From the human T2T-CHM13v2.0 reference genome, Homo sapiens, in NCBI RefSeq assembly GCF_009914755.1, contig NC_060925.1: a stretch of DNA of 64,000 nucleotides, one strand, 5' to 3'. Below are positions 34,541 through 49,940 of the stretch, piece by piece. The notes beneath the pieces are model-generated. The model was given only the letters and a program-made list of their open reading frames with translations, was not told the DNA's origin and made no database searches. Each line of letters starts with the position of its first letter. The stretch's first letter is position 1. A program made the translations under genes and the position numbers.

Positions 34541-35937
34541 AGAGTCTCAGGAAATAGTCATATTAGCAAAAGTTACTTTTTAAATTTAAAACAATTTCAA
34601 GAATAATATATGCTTACTGGTGATTTTAATAACTCTAAAGTATATAAATATTGAACATTTATTTTCTTATCCCTTCTTCACTTGATTTAATTTTGACCAA
34701 GGGGGAACTGAACAGGCATTCCTTTTAATTTCTGTTGCTTTTCATAAAACTTTCCTGGGATTTATTTTTCTGAGGATAATGGGAAATATATTTATTGCAA
34801 GTAAACTTACGTTCTCCTAGCTTTCTGATCTGTAGAGAGAAGAAAAAGATGGCAAAACCTTGGAAGGGAGATCCAGGCTCTGGTCACTGTGGATAAGGCC
34901 AGTCAAATTTTATAATTTACCAAACATTTTCAATGATTAAATATATTTTAAAAGGCTGGCATAATCACCCTTAGTATTTTTTTATTTTTTGCGATTCACA
35001 AATTTTACATATTATTGATCTAGCTCTAAACCTCAAGGGTCACACCAATTATTGCTTGAGGGTGAGTATCCCAATCTCGTCATTTGGGAAATTTGTGTCA
35101 TATCTGCCAGAGCTTGAGATGCAGAGCTTGAGGAAAGAGAAGTTCCACATGATGGTTTTTGCTCTGTCCCTCCATAAAAAGAAGGAAGGAGCCTCTTCGT
35201 GTTCTCTAAGTAGTCAAATAAGCATACATGCAGTTATATTCCATCCAGCAGTCAGGCTTCTGGAAAACTCAGCCTTTAAAACAGAGCCTCTTACTCAGAA
35301 GTCAAAAAAGCCTGCTAAGCTAGAACACAAAACTAAATCCAATACCTGGGATTCTCATGAAATCCTTGCATCTTACTTCCTGGGTCTAGTATCCTACAAA
35401 TTTAATTAAAATTAAATAGAAATTATTATTTAAATTTAGAGCTTGTATTTTCCCCCTTAGTTTAATATCAAACTGGGTTGTTGGATATGTGGAATAGAAG
35501 AGAGTGTGACTGGATTCTCTGAAATTGATTCACTGAACAATGACAATATGTAGTTAAAGGAGAGTCAGCACCAAGCTCTGGAAACATTTATATGATAGTG
35601 GGGCAAGTGCTACTATGTATGGTAGCATTCATTCTATGCATTTATCCATTTCCTCATTTACTCTATGAATTAGTTCATCAAATGCATTTGATAATATTAA
35701 GTCATTATGTGAAGACATATTCAGTATATAAGAATAGGCAAGGTGCAATAAATTATAGAAAGCTTTTCATATTAAATAAGACATTGTTTAAAAGTTTTAC
35801 TACTAAAGGAGTAAGCATCAAATATTTTATAAAAATTACTAATATGAAATTCTTAGTTCTCCATTGATGCAAGATAAACGAGTCAATACTATAATGCAAA
35901 TCTGATTATTTACAATCCTTCAATTCCAAGATAATAA

Positions 35938-36276
<339 letters not shown>

Positions 36277-36604
36277 TAGTGTGGTAGAGAAAAGGCATGC
36301 TAGAAAAAAGTCTAGGCTGATGCCAGTTCAATGACATATTCTGTTACTAACTAGCTAAATGCATTTCACAAGTCACTTCATCTCTAAGGGCGTGATTCTC
36401 CATTTGTGTGTAAGGGAGTTAGAATAGGTCAGTGAGCTCTCTTTTTTTTGTTGTTTTGACACTAAAGGTGACATATCCATTAAGCCAATAACACAGTGTC
36501 CAGGGCCCACAGATTTTTAAGACGCATAAAAATGCTCTAATTTCTTTTAATATCAGGTGAAAAAAATAAATTTTTAGGGTCAAAGATTATCTTTTTACCA
36601 GCAC

Positions 36605-36857
36605 AGTTGTGTGTGTGTGTGTGTGTGTGTGTATACACACACAACTATATATATATACACAATGATATATATATATACACAACTACATATATATAACCAT
36701 ATATACATATACAACTATATATATACATATACAACTATATATGTATATACATATACAACTATATATATGTATATACATATACAACTAGATATATGTATAT
36801 ACATATACAACTAGATATATGTATATACATATACAACTAGATATATATATGTAGTTG
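36605..36857. repeat. (GT)n plus TA-rich minisatellite (ACAACTA...CATAT units)
   Basis: Direct reading; last units are exact 26-mers. Confidence 0.9.
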
Positions 36858-37096
36858 GTGTTCTGCAGTCTTCTGAATTTTTCCTTCTAGGAACCTCACA
36901 GTGGCAGTGATAGTTGGTCAGGCCTTATAAAACCTGGGCTGCAACCCTGGTTACCTGTATGCACTGTCTGCCCTTGGCCACCTCACTTCATGTTGCTGGA
37001 CTGCAGTTTTCTCATCTGTTAAATGAGGACTGCACCAGCATCTTCTCAGCCCTTCCTTGCCTTGAACTCTCTCGAGTCTATAATCCTCTCAGCCGC

Positions 37097-37358
37097 AGTT
37101 GCCGTCTACCCTGATTCGTGTGTGTATCTATACACATAGATACATACACACATATGTGAGAATATGTGTATTCTCATTTAGAAATGAGATTTCTAAAAAA
37201 AAAAATGAAATTGTTTTAGATTGTACACTATTTTGGGTTTCTCACCTAGCCCTGTGAAAAGAAGAAGACTGGCTCTGAAATGTACCTAGGAGGAAGCAGG
37301 ATGGCAGTCTTCCTCTTACCTCAGTTCAGAATAGCTCGAATCAGGGTAGACGGCAACT
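37097..37358. repeat. Perfect 22-bp inverted repeat
   Basis: AGTTGCCGTCTACCCTGATTCG (37097-37118) / CGAATCAGGGTAGACGGCAACT (37337-37358). Confidence 0.97.
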
Positions 37359-37363
37359 ACTGA

Positions 37364-37825
<462 letters not shown>

Positions 37826-39038
37826 TGACTAGTTTTAATTGTGGAGGGGATGGGATGAGAATGGAAGTGAACAAAATATGCACGTAACTCTTCTTAGAAA
37901 GAATGTTTTTAAATGAGAGTACAGTGTGTTAAAAATTTTATATAATTTAAGGTAGTTAACGAGTGCGCTGTTAAGGAAAAGCACACCTAAGCATTACTGA
38001 GATATTTAAATGAAAATTTCTAAATATACACAAAAGTAAAGAGAACAATAAACCACTCATCACTCAGCTTTACTAATCATTGATATTTTGCCATATTTGT
38101 TTCACCCATTCCTTCCTTTTGGCTGTAGCATTTTAAAGCAAATATGAGATACTACTTGATTTCATTAGCAAATAATTGGACTGCATCTAAGAAAATAGCA
38201 TCATTTTCATAGGTATAATGCCATGATAACATCTAACAACCTTTATTATTAAATAATTTCTTAATACCACCCAATATCCTGTCCATATTCAAGTATGACT
38301 AACTGTCCATCAATGTCTTAATTCAGTTGACTTTATCAAATAAGGATCAAAATAAGGATCTGTTGGTGAGTTTCTTTATTCTATTTGCTCTGTGTCTCTT
38401 TTAATCTAAAAAATTCCTTCCATTTTTATTTCTTTTTAAATGGATTCTGGCTTGGCTGATGGCTTTCTGTGGTGTCATTTTACTTGAGCTTCTGTTCTCT
38501 GTCATTCCTAATGACTGGTGCTTACATCTACAGGTTAATTTGATTCCAGTTCAATATTTATTTTTGTCAAGAATTCTTTATAAGCATTCTATATATCTCA
38601 GTAATGCTGTATATTTTATGCTGAACTTCATCATGGGGATGTAATGCTAGATCCTCTCACTTTTTGTGATACTAAGATTGATTTCTGGTTCCTCATGAAC
38701 TTTTTCCCTAAGTTTTATCCTCCATCAATAACCACTGTCTGAATTATTTATTTCACTAGGGTTGCTAAATGACGATTTTCTAATTCTTTTATTTTTTCTG
38801 CATTTCTTAGCTGAATTTCTTCCGAATAGAGTAACTATTCTTCATCATGCACCAGTTTACTCAGAAATCACATTGAAAGAGCAGCATACGTGACTTATCT
38901 TCCCCTTTAATTGTTAATTTTCAGAGTAATGACTTGATACCGTAGCAACCCTCAATAATGTCTAATTAATTTTGGTTTTTACCCTTATTTTTTTGGTATC
39001 ATTATAAACTCATTGCTTTTTATCAATTTAATGCTTAA

Positions 39039-39395
<357 letters not shown>

Positions 39396-39410
39396 TGACT
39401 AGAGTTTGCA

Positions 39411-39714
<304 letters not shown>

Positions 39715-40276
39715 TAGAGTTTGCATTTTTAAGGGGGCTCTTTGCTCTTTTGATCTGACCCTAGAAGCCTTTGATAACTTTCTTGTTTTCCGAAAGAACA
39801 AGGTATTTCAAGCTCATTTTGAACATGTACAGCATCCGACGTGGAATCAACCATTTCAAGAAATCTTGATTCCTTTTAGTAGGAAATGGTATTTAGAAAA
39901 CACAAACTGGGTAGTAGGGATGCTCATTACTAATAGGTTGTCATTGTTTCTTGGATTTTTCGGTGGAAGAAAGCAATGAAATATGTATATTTAAAAAGAA
40001 AGATTGTGAGTTTACATTGTTACTTCCAATTCAAATTAAAGATAAGGTTTTTATTTAAAGTTGATTTTATACGTTCATCTCTATTATTTATGCTGAATAT
40101 CATGTTTCCTAACAGTGTTAACAGCATTTTCTTCATCCTATTATTCAAAAAGCAATACCAATATTATTACTAGCAACGTAACTATTGAACATTAAGATTT
40201 CTTAGCAATTCTCTTTTCTTTGTCCTGAGAATATATCCTACTAAGAATGTGCAGTCAAAGCACTATGTTCTAAGGT

Positions 40277-40405
40277 CAGTTGGGTAACAGTGGGATAATT
40301 CTTTTCTGTATATAGTTATATCACCAGTGTGGTATACAGTTAGGGTAACAGTGGGATAATTCTTTTCTGTATGTAGTTATGTCACCAATGTGATATACAG
40401 TTAGG
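40277..40405. repeat. ~60-bp tandem duplication (2 copies plus partial)
   Basis: CAGTT(A)GGGTAACAGTGGGATAATTCTTTTCTGTA... at 40277 and 40337. Confidence 0.92.
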
Positions 40406-40793
40406 TTCATTGTATTCCATTTGTTTCAACCTTTAGGGATTCCTTTTAAACTTTAAACACTACTTTTGATTGAACAGTAACTGCAGCAAATAGTGATTTA
40501 ACTTACTACAGCCAGAAACTGTGCCAAATCTTGAAAAGTTAAAAGGTGTTTAGAACATTGTTCATACCATTAAATTTAAATGGGAAGATGAAAGATACAG
40601 AATGCTTTAAAAAAAGAAAAAAAAAAAAGAAATGTCCAAAGCAATATGAACAATAAATGGTCAGGAGGAGAGAGGCACTAGCGTGGGTTTGTCATAGACA
40701 GCATCAAAGGAATGAGACTTGTACTGGGCCTGGAAGAAAAGTCCAGGTGTAAAATAACATAAAAGAGAGGAAGAGACTAATTTAAAGATAAAC

Positions 40794-41123
<330 letters not shown>

Positions 41124-42171
41124 TCAAGATGGTTTGCTTATTAAGATGTACTGATAAGAAAATAGAGCATATTTTTAGGAAAACAGGTTTGGTGTTTAAA
41201 TGCCTTCTGTGCTAATGATTTAATCTAAGAGTAAGTTGATTGATTGTTTCATCTGAATACTGAGAGTAGAAATCAAGATGCTCAAAGTCAGTGCCACTTA
41301 CACTGTAAGTGTTAACTGGGGGACAAATAGATTCCCACCCATCCTCAGGGATTCTCCTGGCATAGTAACTGGTACACTTATTATAGCTAATTATAGCTAT
41401 GAACCATGGTTTTTACTCCTGGGGTCTCTTGAGCTTTAAATCCAATGCATAATAATATTAGTTTTCACCGGAGCCTGACAGCCGAACTCCGAAAGCACAT
41501 GCAGAGGCCAGATACCTCCTTATTTATATAATAATATTAAGAAGAAGAAAAATTAGGATACCTGGAAGAAATGTCTCTTAGAAAGGAAATACATATTCTA
41601 ATTCTTGACCCCCTTGATTAGACAAATCAGAGGGAAAAACTCTGGCAAAGCTGCCAACATCAATCTGGCAAATACGCTTTTGTGGTTTAGTCTCAAAAGC
41701 TGTAAAATCACAGAAAAAGACACTCCAATGTCAGTAAATATCTATAAAGATTAAGCCTTAATTCATAAATTGAAGGGCTAGGCCGATGAGGCATAGTGGA
41801 GACTCTTTTATAAACAATCTAATATCCTTGAAGGAAAAAGCATCTTAACACTATGTCTGTCCCTTGCCCATTTACCCGCTATATTCTGTCTATATTTTCG
41901 CTGAATTTGGGTCCTGCTTCTTATGCTTTATGACAATGTGTGGTACAGCCCTTTGAATCACTGTTTCTTAAACTTTTTTGTACCATAGCATCTAGTATGT
42001 AATATGTGAAACAAAAATTTTACAAAGGAAAACTTGCTTTTACTATTTAGATAAATGGTGATTTTTTATTCAACGTATTTATGATTTTATCTTTTTAAAA
42101 GACTGATGACAACTCACTAAATTGATCTTGTAATGTGCTAGGTCACAATATGCCTTCAGAGAAAACACTAG

Positions 42172-42294
<123 letters not shown>

Positions 42295-42968
42295 TAATTA
42301 CACAAATTAATTTGAAGGGACTTACTGGGGGATGAAGAAGGGTGGAGAGTTGCAAAGCCCTGGCTGTGTGGGAGGCTTTACACCAGTTGGCTTTGGATGA
42401 AGAGTAGCCCTGGAAAGGTAGGACTGTCTACCTCCAAGTTATGGATCCAAATATACTCTCTTCACTATGGATTCATGTGCTTCTTCAGCTGAGGCAGAGT
42501 CTGGAGTTGTCCTAATTTCTCCATGAAAGTTTGGGAATTTGGGGTCAGAAACAGGGAAAGGGACATTCCTGGGTCAGACCCATAGTGGGTATTTCTAAGG
42601 AGGGGTGGAAATCAAAGAAACAAAATGCTGATATCTCCAATTGGAGATAAATATGCCATGTATGCATTGCTTTAGGCAGTCATTGGTGACACTAGCCAGC
42701 AATGTGGGAAACATGTGGGATTGAATGTGTCCAAAGAGGACTTTCAGCTACCTTGGCATGTCTCAAAGAATGCAGAGAGTGAAACTGGTTCCTCACCTGT
42801 TTTTCATGAGGTGTGATTAAGGGACTACAGACTCAGGCCATAATAATACAGAGACAAAATTTTGGGAAGAATAGAAAAACTCACCATTATTCTGTCTGAC
42901 ACATGGAGAGGGGGAGACTACTGTCTTATGGAAGAGGGAAATAGGATAGGGGAACAAAGTAATAAACA

Positions 42969-43260
42969 GATTGGGCGTGGTGGCTCACACCTGTAATCCC
43001 AGCACTTTGGGAGGCAGAGGCAGGCAGATCATGAGGTCAGGAGTTCGAGACCAGACTGGCCAACATGGAGAAACCCCATCTCTACTAAAGATACAAAAAT
43101 TAGCCGGGCGTAGTGGCGCATGCCTGTAATCCCAGCTACTCAGGAGGCTGAGGCAGAATTCCTTGAACCTGGGAGGGGGAGGTTTCAGTGAGCCAAGATC
43201 ATGCCATTGCACTCCATCCTGAGGGACAGAACAAGACTCTATCTCAGGAAAAAAAAAAAA
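42969..43260 (+). mobile_element. AluS (Sg/Sc-like)
   Basis: 'gatcatgaggtc' 2-bp deletion; TSD AAAGTAATAAA(A)CA at 42956-42968 and 43258-43271. Confidence 0.93.
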
Positions 43261-43413
43261 GTAATAAAACAGTAGCAAGAAAAAAAAAAAAACAGTAGCA
43301 AGAGCAAGAATAAGCAGAAGTATTAAGGTGGCATCTTCCATAATTATCCTCAAGGAACAGGGTCTACCTCCATGTTTCCAGTTCAGTCCCTCATACTTTT
43401 ACTTGACCTGTGA

Positions 43414-43608
<195 letters not shown>

Positions 43609-44029
43609 TAAGAAACTGCTCCTTTCTTTCTTAAGCCACTGTTGTCCCAGGAGTAAAAGGCAAATTGCAAACATTTATTAATGGTTGGAATTAACTGAGG
43701 CTACCAAGAAACATAGGAATGAAGCCAGAATAGAATTAGCTAAGTCTATTTTCTCATTTTTAGAGTGGACATGTTGGAACCTTCCTAACGTTCCTCAGAA
43801 ATGCAGAAAACTCTTCTTAATACATTGAATCTCCATTCAGGCATTTTCCTTGAAGATTCTGATTCACTGGATTTTGGGTAGAGTCCAGGCATCCATATTT
43901 AAAAAAAAATTTAACAAGTGCTTCTGATGCACATTCGAGGTTAAGAATTACTCTCCTAATGCCAAGCTGAAATTTCTGATAATGCTGTTGAAGTTCCTTC
44001 TCATCTTTTTCACTTTGCTTGTCTGTTTG

Positions 44030-44033
44030 GTGT

Positions 44034-44071
<38 letters not shown>
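44030..44071. repeat. (GT)n microsatellite
   Basis: Direct reading, one interruption. Confidence 0.95.
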
Positions 44072-44074
<3 letters not shown>

Positions 44075-44472
44075 AAAACATCCAGCTTCATTAATATTCA
44101 AGCCAAGTTTCTCACTATTCTATTTCTACTTTTGTGTACTTGAAGGTTGTGATTATGTATCCCTCTGAGTCCCTCTTCAGACTCTGTCTATGCCAAATGA
44201 TCTGAATAACTTTTTACATTGTCTAACACTTTACAGGAAGCAGAATTTTTCCTCATGCATAATTTTATATACACCTCATTGAGTAATAACTCATAGGCAT
44301 TGTTATGTTTAACTATTTTTCTGATGAGAAAATGTGATGTGCTTAAGGTCATACAACTGATGTCCAGTCTTCTATGCTTTTTCCAATTGTTAATATTGAA
44401 ATGCATTGATTTCTTTCTTCAAAACTATATTCATTTCATCAAAGATGGAATATCTATGACTTGTCTTGGTTT

Positions 44473-44513
44473 CTTGGACCAAATAGCAACTCCCTTGGAC
44501 CAAATAGCAACTC
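44473..44513. repeat. Perfect 20-bp tandem duplication (period 21)
   Basis: CTTGGACCAAATAGCAACTC x2. Confidence 0.95.
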
Positions 44514-46539
44514 ACTGCTGCTTAGTGTCTGATTCTTTTGGGGCCTGCTGACGACTAAGTGTTTCTGCCTTTGGCCATGATCACCTCTCCTGGTCAATTA
44601 GTTCCTCTCAATAGACATGGACTAGTAGAGGCCACAGGAACTCTGAGCTGTGGGGCTTTGAACTGCCTCCTGAGGGCAGGGAATAGGAAGGAGGAGAAAT
44701 CCTGATTGATTTCTGTGTTTGGGGGTGGGGACTCAGAGGAGACCAATGCCTGTGTGGAACCTCTATTCCAGAGGAGAGGAAAGGGCACCATGAGAATGGG
44801 CTTGAGTCTCTAGAGCTTTCTAGATGCAGGATGGGAGAAAAATGGCTCAAATCAGGGGTAAGGAGGAGCAATCCTGATGAGTAGCCTGCAATTCCTTCTG
44901 ATCTGTGCCACCCTCAGGTTCCTGAGATGGTTGATGTTTGTTTTAAGGTTTTTAGGAAGGAATATTTCATGGAAGAGAAGGTCTCCTTGCTTCCCACAAG
45001 TATGTCTACCAGTCTGAAAACACTTAAAGCTTTCAATTCGCAAATAGCAACAGAAGACTGAAATACAGAATCCACAGAGACTCACTCGCTGTCACGAGTA
45101 TGTCTCAAGGCATGAATGAGGCAAATATCAAAATTTTTCCTCCTTTAGAATGCTGGAAAACACTAGTGTTTAATGAGGTATTCCAGAGTGAGGGTGGTGG
45201 TGAACTGAAGGTTCATTGAACTGCTTGAAGAGGATATGTGACCTTCTTAAATAGTCTGTTAGGACCACATTTTAGCCAAGGGGGAAAGTCTGTGTTCTCT
45301 GCTATATGAGCTCTTTTTCTCTTTATTTGAGCCACAATTTACCATACTTCTCTGAGTCTTTATTCTGAGGCCTGTTGGAATATCTTCATGGGCTAAGAGA
45401 GAAATGTTGGAATCTCCAGGTAAAAGGTAGAGCAAACATTTTGCCCTTGAATATTTAACTTGGTCCTCCAAGAAATTCTACCCCTGTACATCCTGAGTAA
45501 GATGACTCAAGGTGCTCTGGAATGACACCCAGTGTTTCTTCCTGGGAACAAAATTTTATGTGGAAAATCATTAAGTACACACATACATTCTAAGAACATT
45601 ACTTAACATAGCTGTAGACTGTATGTAGCATTATTTGTAGGATAATTTTGGTGGTGTCCTCAACATTCCTTCTTTGAGAGATTTAACCCACATATATTGA
45701 GTACCTACTTTGTTCTGAGCTTCATGCTTAGTACTGGGGATATTACTGCAACAAAAGACCTTCAGTCTAGTGGAAAAGTGCACATCTAAGTTTCGCCATT
45801 GAGCACCAAAGCTGTGTTTGTTGGAGTGGAGCATTTTACATGTTTAAACCCAAATAGTCACATACATGCAAATGCTGGCATTTGCCTTTTGATGGAGCAG
45901 GCAGGTTATATTAGATAAGATACCACAGAAGTAGTTGCTTTGTTGTTCTCCCTCCCTTATTAGGTGTAAGTCACATTGTTATCTCTGGACACCCAGGGCT
46001 TTCCTGTCCCATGTTGTAGCCATTTTATTTTTGGTTAGTGAAAATATGGGTCAGTGGTGGGTATTATCCTAATCTAGGGTATCAAAATGATCAAGTAGAA
46101 CTACTGATTCATCATGTTATAGCACATGCATTAAGTTAATAAACAATTTATGTCTATTCCAAAACCAAGTAGTTAAAGGGTAAGCCAGGAAAACCCATCA
46201 TTTAATAAAACATAGAAAACTCTATAAGATTGAGATCTTTGGCTACTGATGGGTTCTTATAGCAACAGGGAGATAATCTTTTTTTTTTAAGTGTTTCAGA
46301 AAGCACATCATAGAAATTAGAAGATCAAATTCTACCTTGAAGAAATGAAGGATTATTCTAAGTTCCTACAACACAGGCATTTGTGGAACCAGACTGCATT
46401 CCTAGCACGTGCAGTGTTGCTGGGGTTAAACAGTAGTAAAGAGTTATTTCATTTGAGTGGGAGAGCTGAGTTTAAGAAGAGGAGGCATTGACCATCTCTT
46501 TTGTGCCAACATGCCTTTCTCCTTGCTCTTCTCTTCCAG

Positions 46540-46750
46540 GCTTCTCGGAGGATGCTGGATGATGAAATGACAGTCAGCCTTTCCCTGCCAAGTGATTCTA
46601 GCATGTTCAACAATAACCGCTCCTCATCACCTAGTGAACAAGGGTCCAACTCGACTTACGATCGCATCTTTCCCCTTCGCCCTGACTACCAGGAGCCATC
46701 CAGGCTGATACGAAAACTCCCAGAATTTGCTCCAGGGGAGGAGGAGTCAG
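46540..46750 (+). CDS. DDR2: DDR2 coding exon, intracellular juxtamembrane (ASRRMLDDE...GEEES)
   Basis: ttccag|GCTTC...GTCAG|gtgagg; 211 nt. Confidence 0.96.
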
Positions 46751-48236
46751 GTGAGGATGATGTGGTGGGCAGGGCGTCAAGGGAGAAACCTCAGCAAGCA
46801 TCAGGTAGGTATGACACGCCTGCTCCCAGTTCATTGCATCTATTTTTAGTCTCTGCTAACCTCCTGAGAAGTCCACATTCTCTTTCTAGATTTGGTCTGC
46901 CGCTGCTCCTGGCCTAATTTGAGCAACTCTCCTTTGCTACTGAATATAAGATGTGTGGAGGGACCCACATACCAGAAAAGAAAGAAAAAAATAATAAAAC
47001 ATGTGAATTAGGTGTTGACACCAGAAGAACCTAAACAGTCCAACCAGTCTAACCTCATTTTACATGTCGGGAAAGTGAGAAAGTCCAGATAGAGTACTCA
47101 CCCAACACCAAATTTCATGAGTGGGTAAAGGCAGGACTAGATTTTTACCTGGAGAAATAAATAAATAAATGAAGCTAAAGACATTCCGAAATTCCCAGTG
47201 GTGTAGCCATTTAAATAACTAAAATAAATAACTACTTGAGTTATCTATTTTTTGTTAATTTCTCTTTGGTAAACATTTATTAGAGTAATATGAGATTTTA
47301 TTATGAGAGTAAAACATTTCTCACCTTTTCTCAATAAAAGCATTGAAATAAAACAATAAAACAGGTAAAACAGTAAGTAGTGTCAGTTGATTCAAATTTC
47401 GATGTCTTTCAAAAAATGATGCAGAGTCATATCAGAAGGGAAGCTGGAGTCACCTCTTTAGCTCAGAGCAACTTTTCTATAAGATCATCAACCTGAGGGA
47501 CCCGAGTCAGTAGAAAAGAACTTGTAGTGTTCAGGAGAGAGGAGCTAGGCCTGAGCTGGATGTAGAAGCAGACAGGACTAAATTCAAGAGCATAGGATTT
47601 TATAGGAAGGAGCCTGAAGGGGTCTTTTCAAAGGATAAAAGGAAACTTGCATCTATTTTATTATTCAATGGATAGAAGACATGAAAGAGCATGCTAAATT
47701 CAAGTAATTTCACAGAGACAGCAAGAATAAAGGATATAAACTAATTTATTTCTTGGGGTGAATGGAAGTAATTTACCTATTTCCTAAGTCTAAAACATCC
47801 CCCACTTCATATTTTAAGGCTTTTTTAAGTTAGAGTATGTCTTAAGCTAGATCATATGTCTTTAATCTGAAAGTTTTTTATACCTAAAATCAGTTTTTAA
47901 GTCAATAACAGTGTCTTAAAATTAAGGAAATAAGTTATTAAACCTTCAACCTTTAATATTCCCACCCTGATATACCATGAGCCTTCCTATAGCTTCACCA
48001 CACAATTCCACAAGTTTAGCCACAGAATTTGTTAATGATCATGTATTATGAGGAAAAGAATGAGAAATAAAATGATGTTCTACATTCTGTAGGCCACAAG
48101 AAAATCTCTAGAGGAAGCAAAACCATTTTCCAAGTAAGAATGTCATGAAGCAGGTTAGGCTTTCACAGGGGCATGTTTTAGCCCTCCTCTCAGAGTTCCT
48201 TCCTGAAGAGATCTCCAAAGACACTCCACGGAATGA

Positions 48237-48491
<255 letters not shown>

Positions 48492-49706
48492 TGATTCTTT
48501 GATTCCCTTATAGCTCGAAGAAGGTGGTTGGATAAAAATGATCAGTAGAACAAAGAGTCCCTTCTAGAGGTGGATTCACAACAGAATGTCTCTTCCATTT
48601 GTCTCTCCTTGCATTGTCCTCTGGATTCCAGTATTGGGTCAACCTAATCTTTGTCAAATAGCTGTGGAGTTCCTGGGACTTCTGATTTCTATATAGGAGT
48701 TTTTAAGGCAGGCAAGTCACTAGACTTCAGATATCTTGAAAAACATTCAATATTTTCAAAAATGTTTACAATAGATTATGGAGGGTGGGATCCAGAAGAT
48801 GTGATCATCTTTTATGAACTGTCCAGGAACATTCTGCTACTCAATAGCCACTTTGTTTTTTTCCCCTTTAATGGGAGTTATATGTAAAATGGTCAAAAAC
48901 AACCTCGCCCCTGCCTTTGGTCCCAGAATCAGCCACTAGGGAATGAATCACCAACTAGGATAAGGAGGAGTACTCTTTTCATTTGCCCTCAGAGTGATGC
49001 ATGCATTATTAAACTTTTCATTCTTGCATCAGTCACATGAACCTTCTGGGAGCTCAAAGCAATGTTTTGAATTCTAATAGGAACTCTTCACCACTGCCGT
49101 CTAAACTCCAAATAAAACATTTGGTTTCCTAAGACATGTTATTGGTTTTCAGTGTGGATCTCATGTTCTCTCCTTAGATAGGTCTGGTGTTGCAAGAGGT
49201 GGAGGGACCCATGTTATCTGTTCATGGTGTGACATGTACTCATTCTGTCCCCTGGGTTGAAAACCCACATCTGTTATACTGTTACTAATACACAGGAGTT
49301 TCTTATAATGCTAAACCCTATACTAAGGGATTATTTTAGGAAATTGCCTTACGTTTTACATGATCCAGTGACTAATGAATCGAAGTTCAAGCATTTGTAA
49401 TAAAAGACATTTTATATTGGGCTATGCTGTAATATAATATTGTTATTGATTCATTCATTCACTTAGTGTTCCAAGCAATGTGTATTTCTAAGGCAGGAGA
49501 GTGGCACATTAGCTGGGTACTTTACCATTGTTTTAAATCTTATCAATTATTTGAGTCATAGATATGTTACACATATCTTCTTATTGGTCTTTTGATCATT
49601 TTGCCTGAGTTGTAAGAGTTAGTTTATCTCCAGGAAATGCCCAGCAAGAGTACTGAGACATCTTCAGGAGAAATGATGATGCTGAGACTAGATGACTTTT
49701 GTCTAG

Positions 49707-49940
<234 letters not shown>

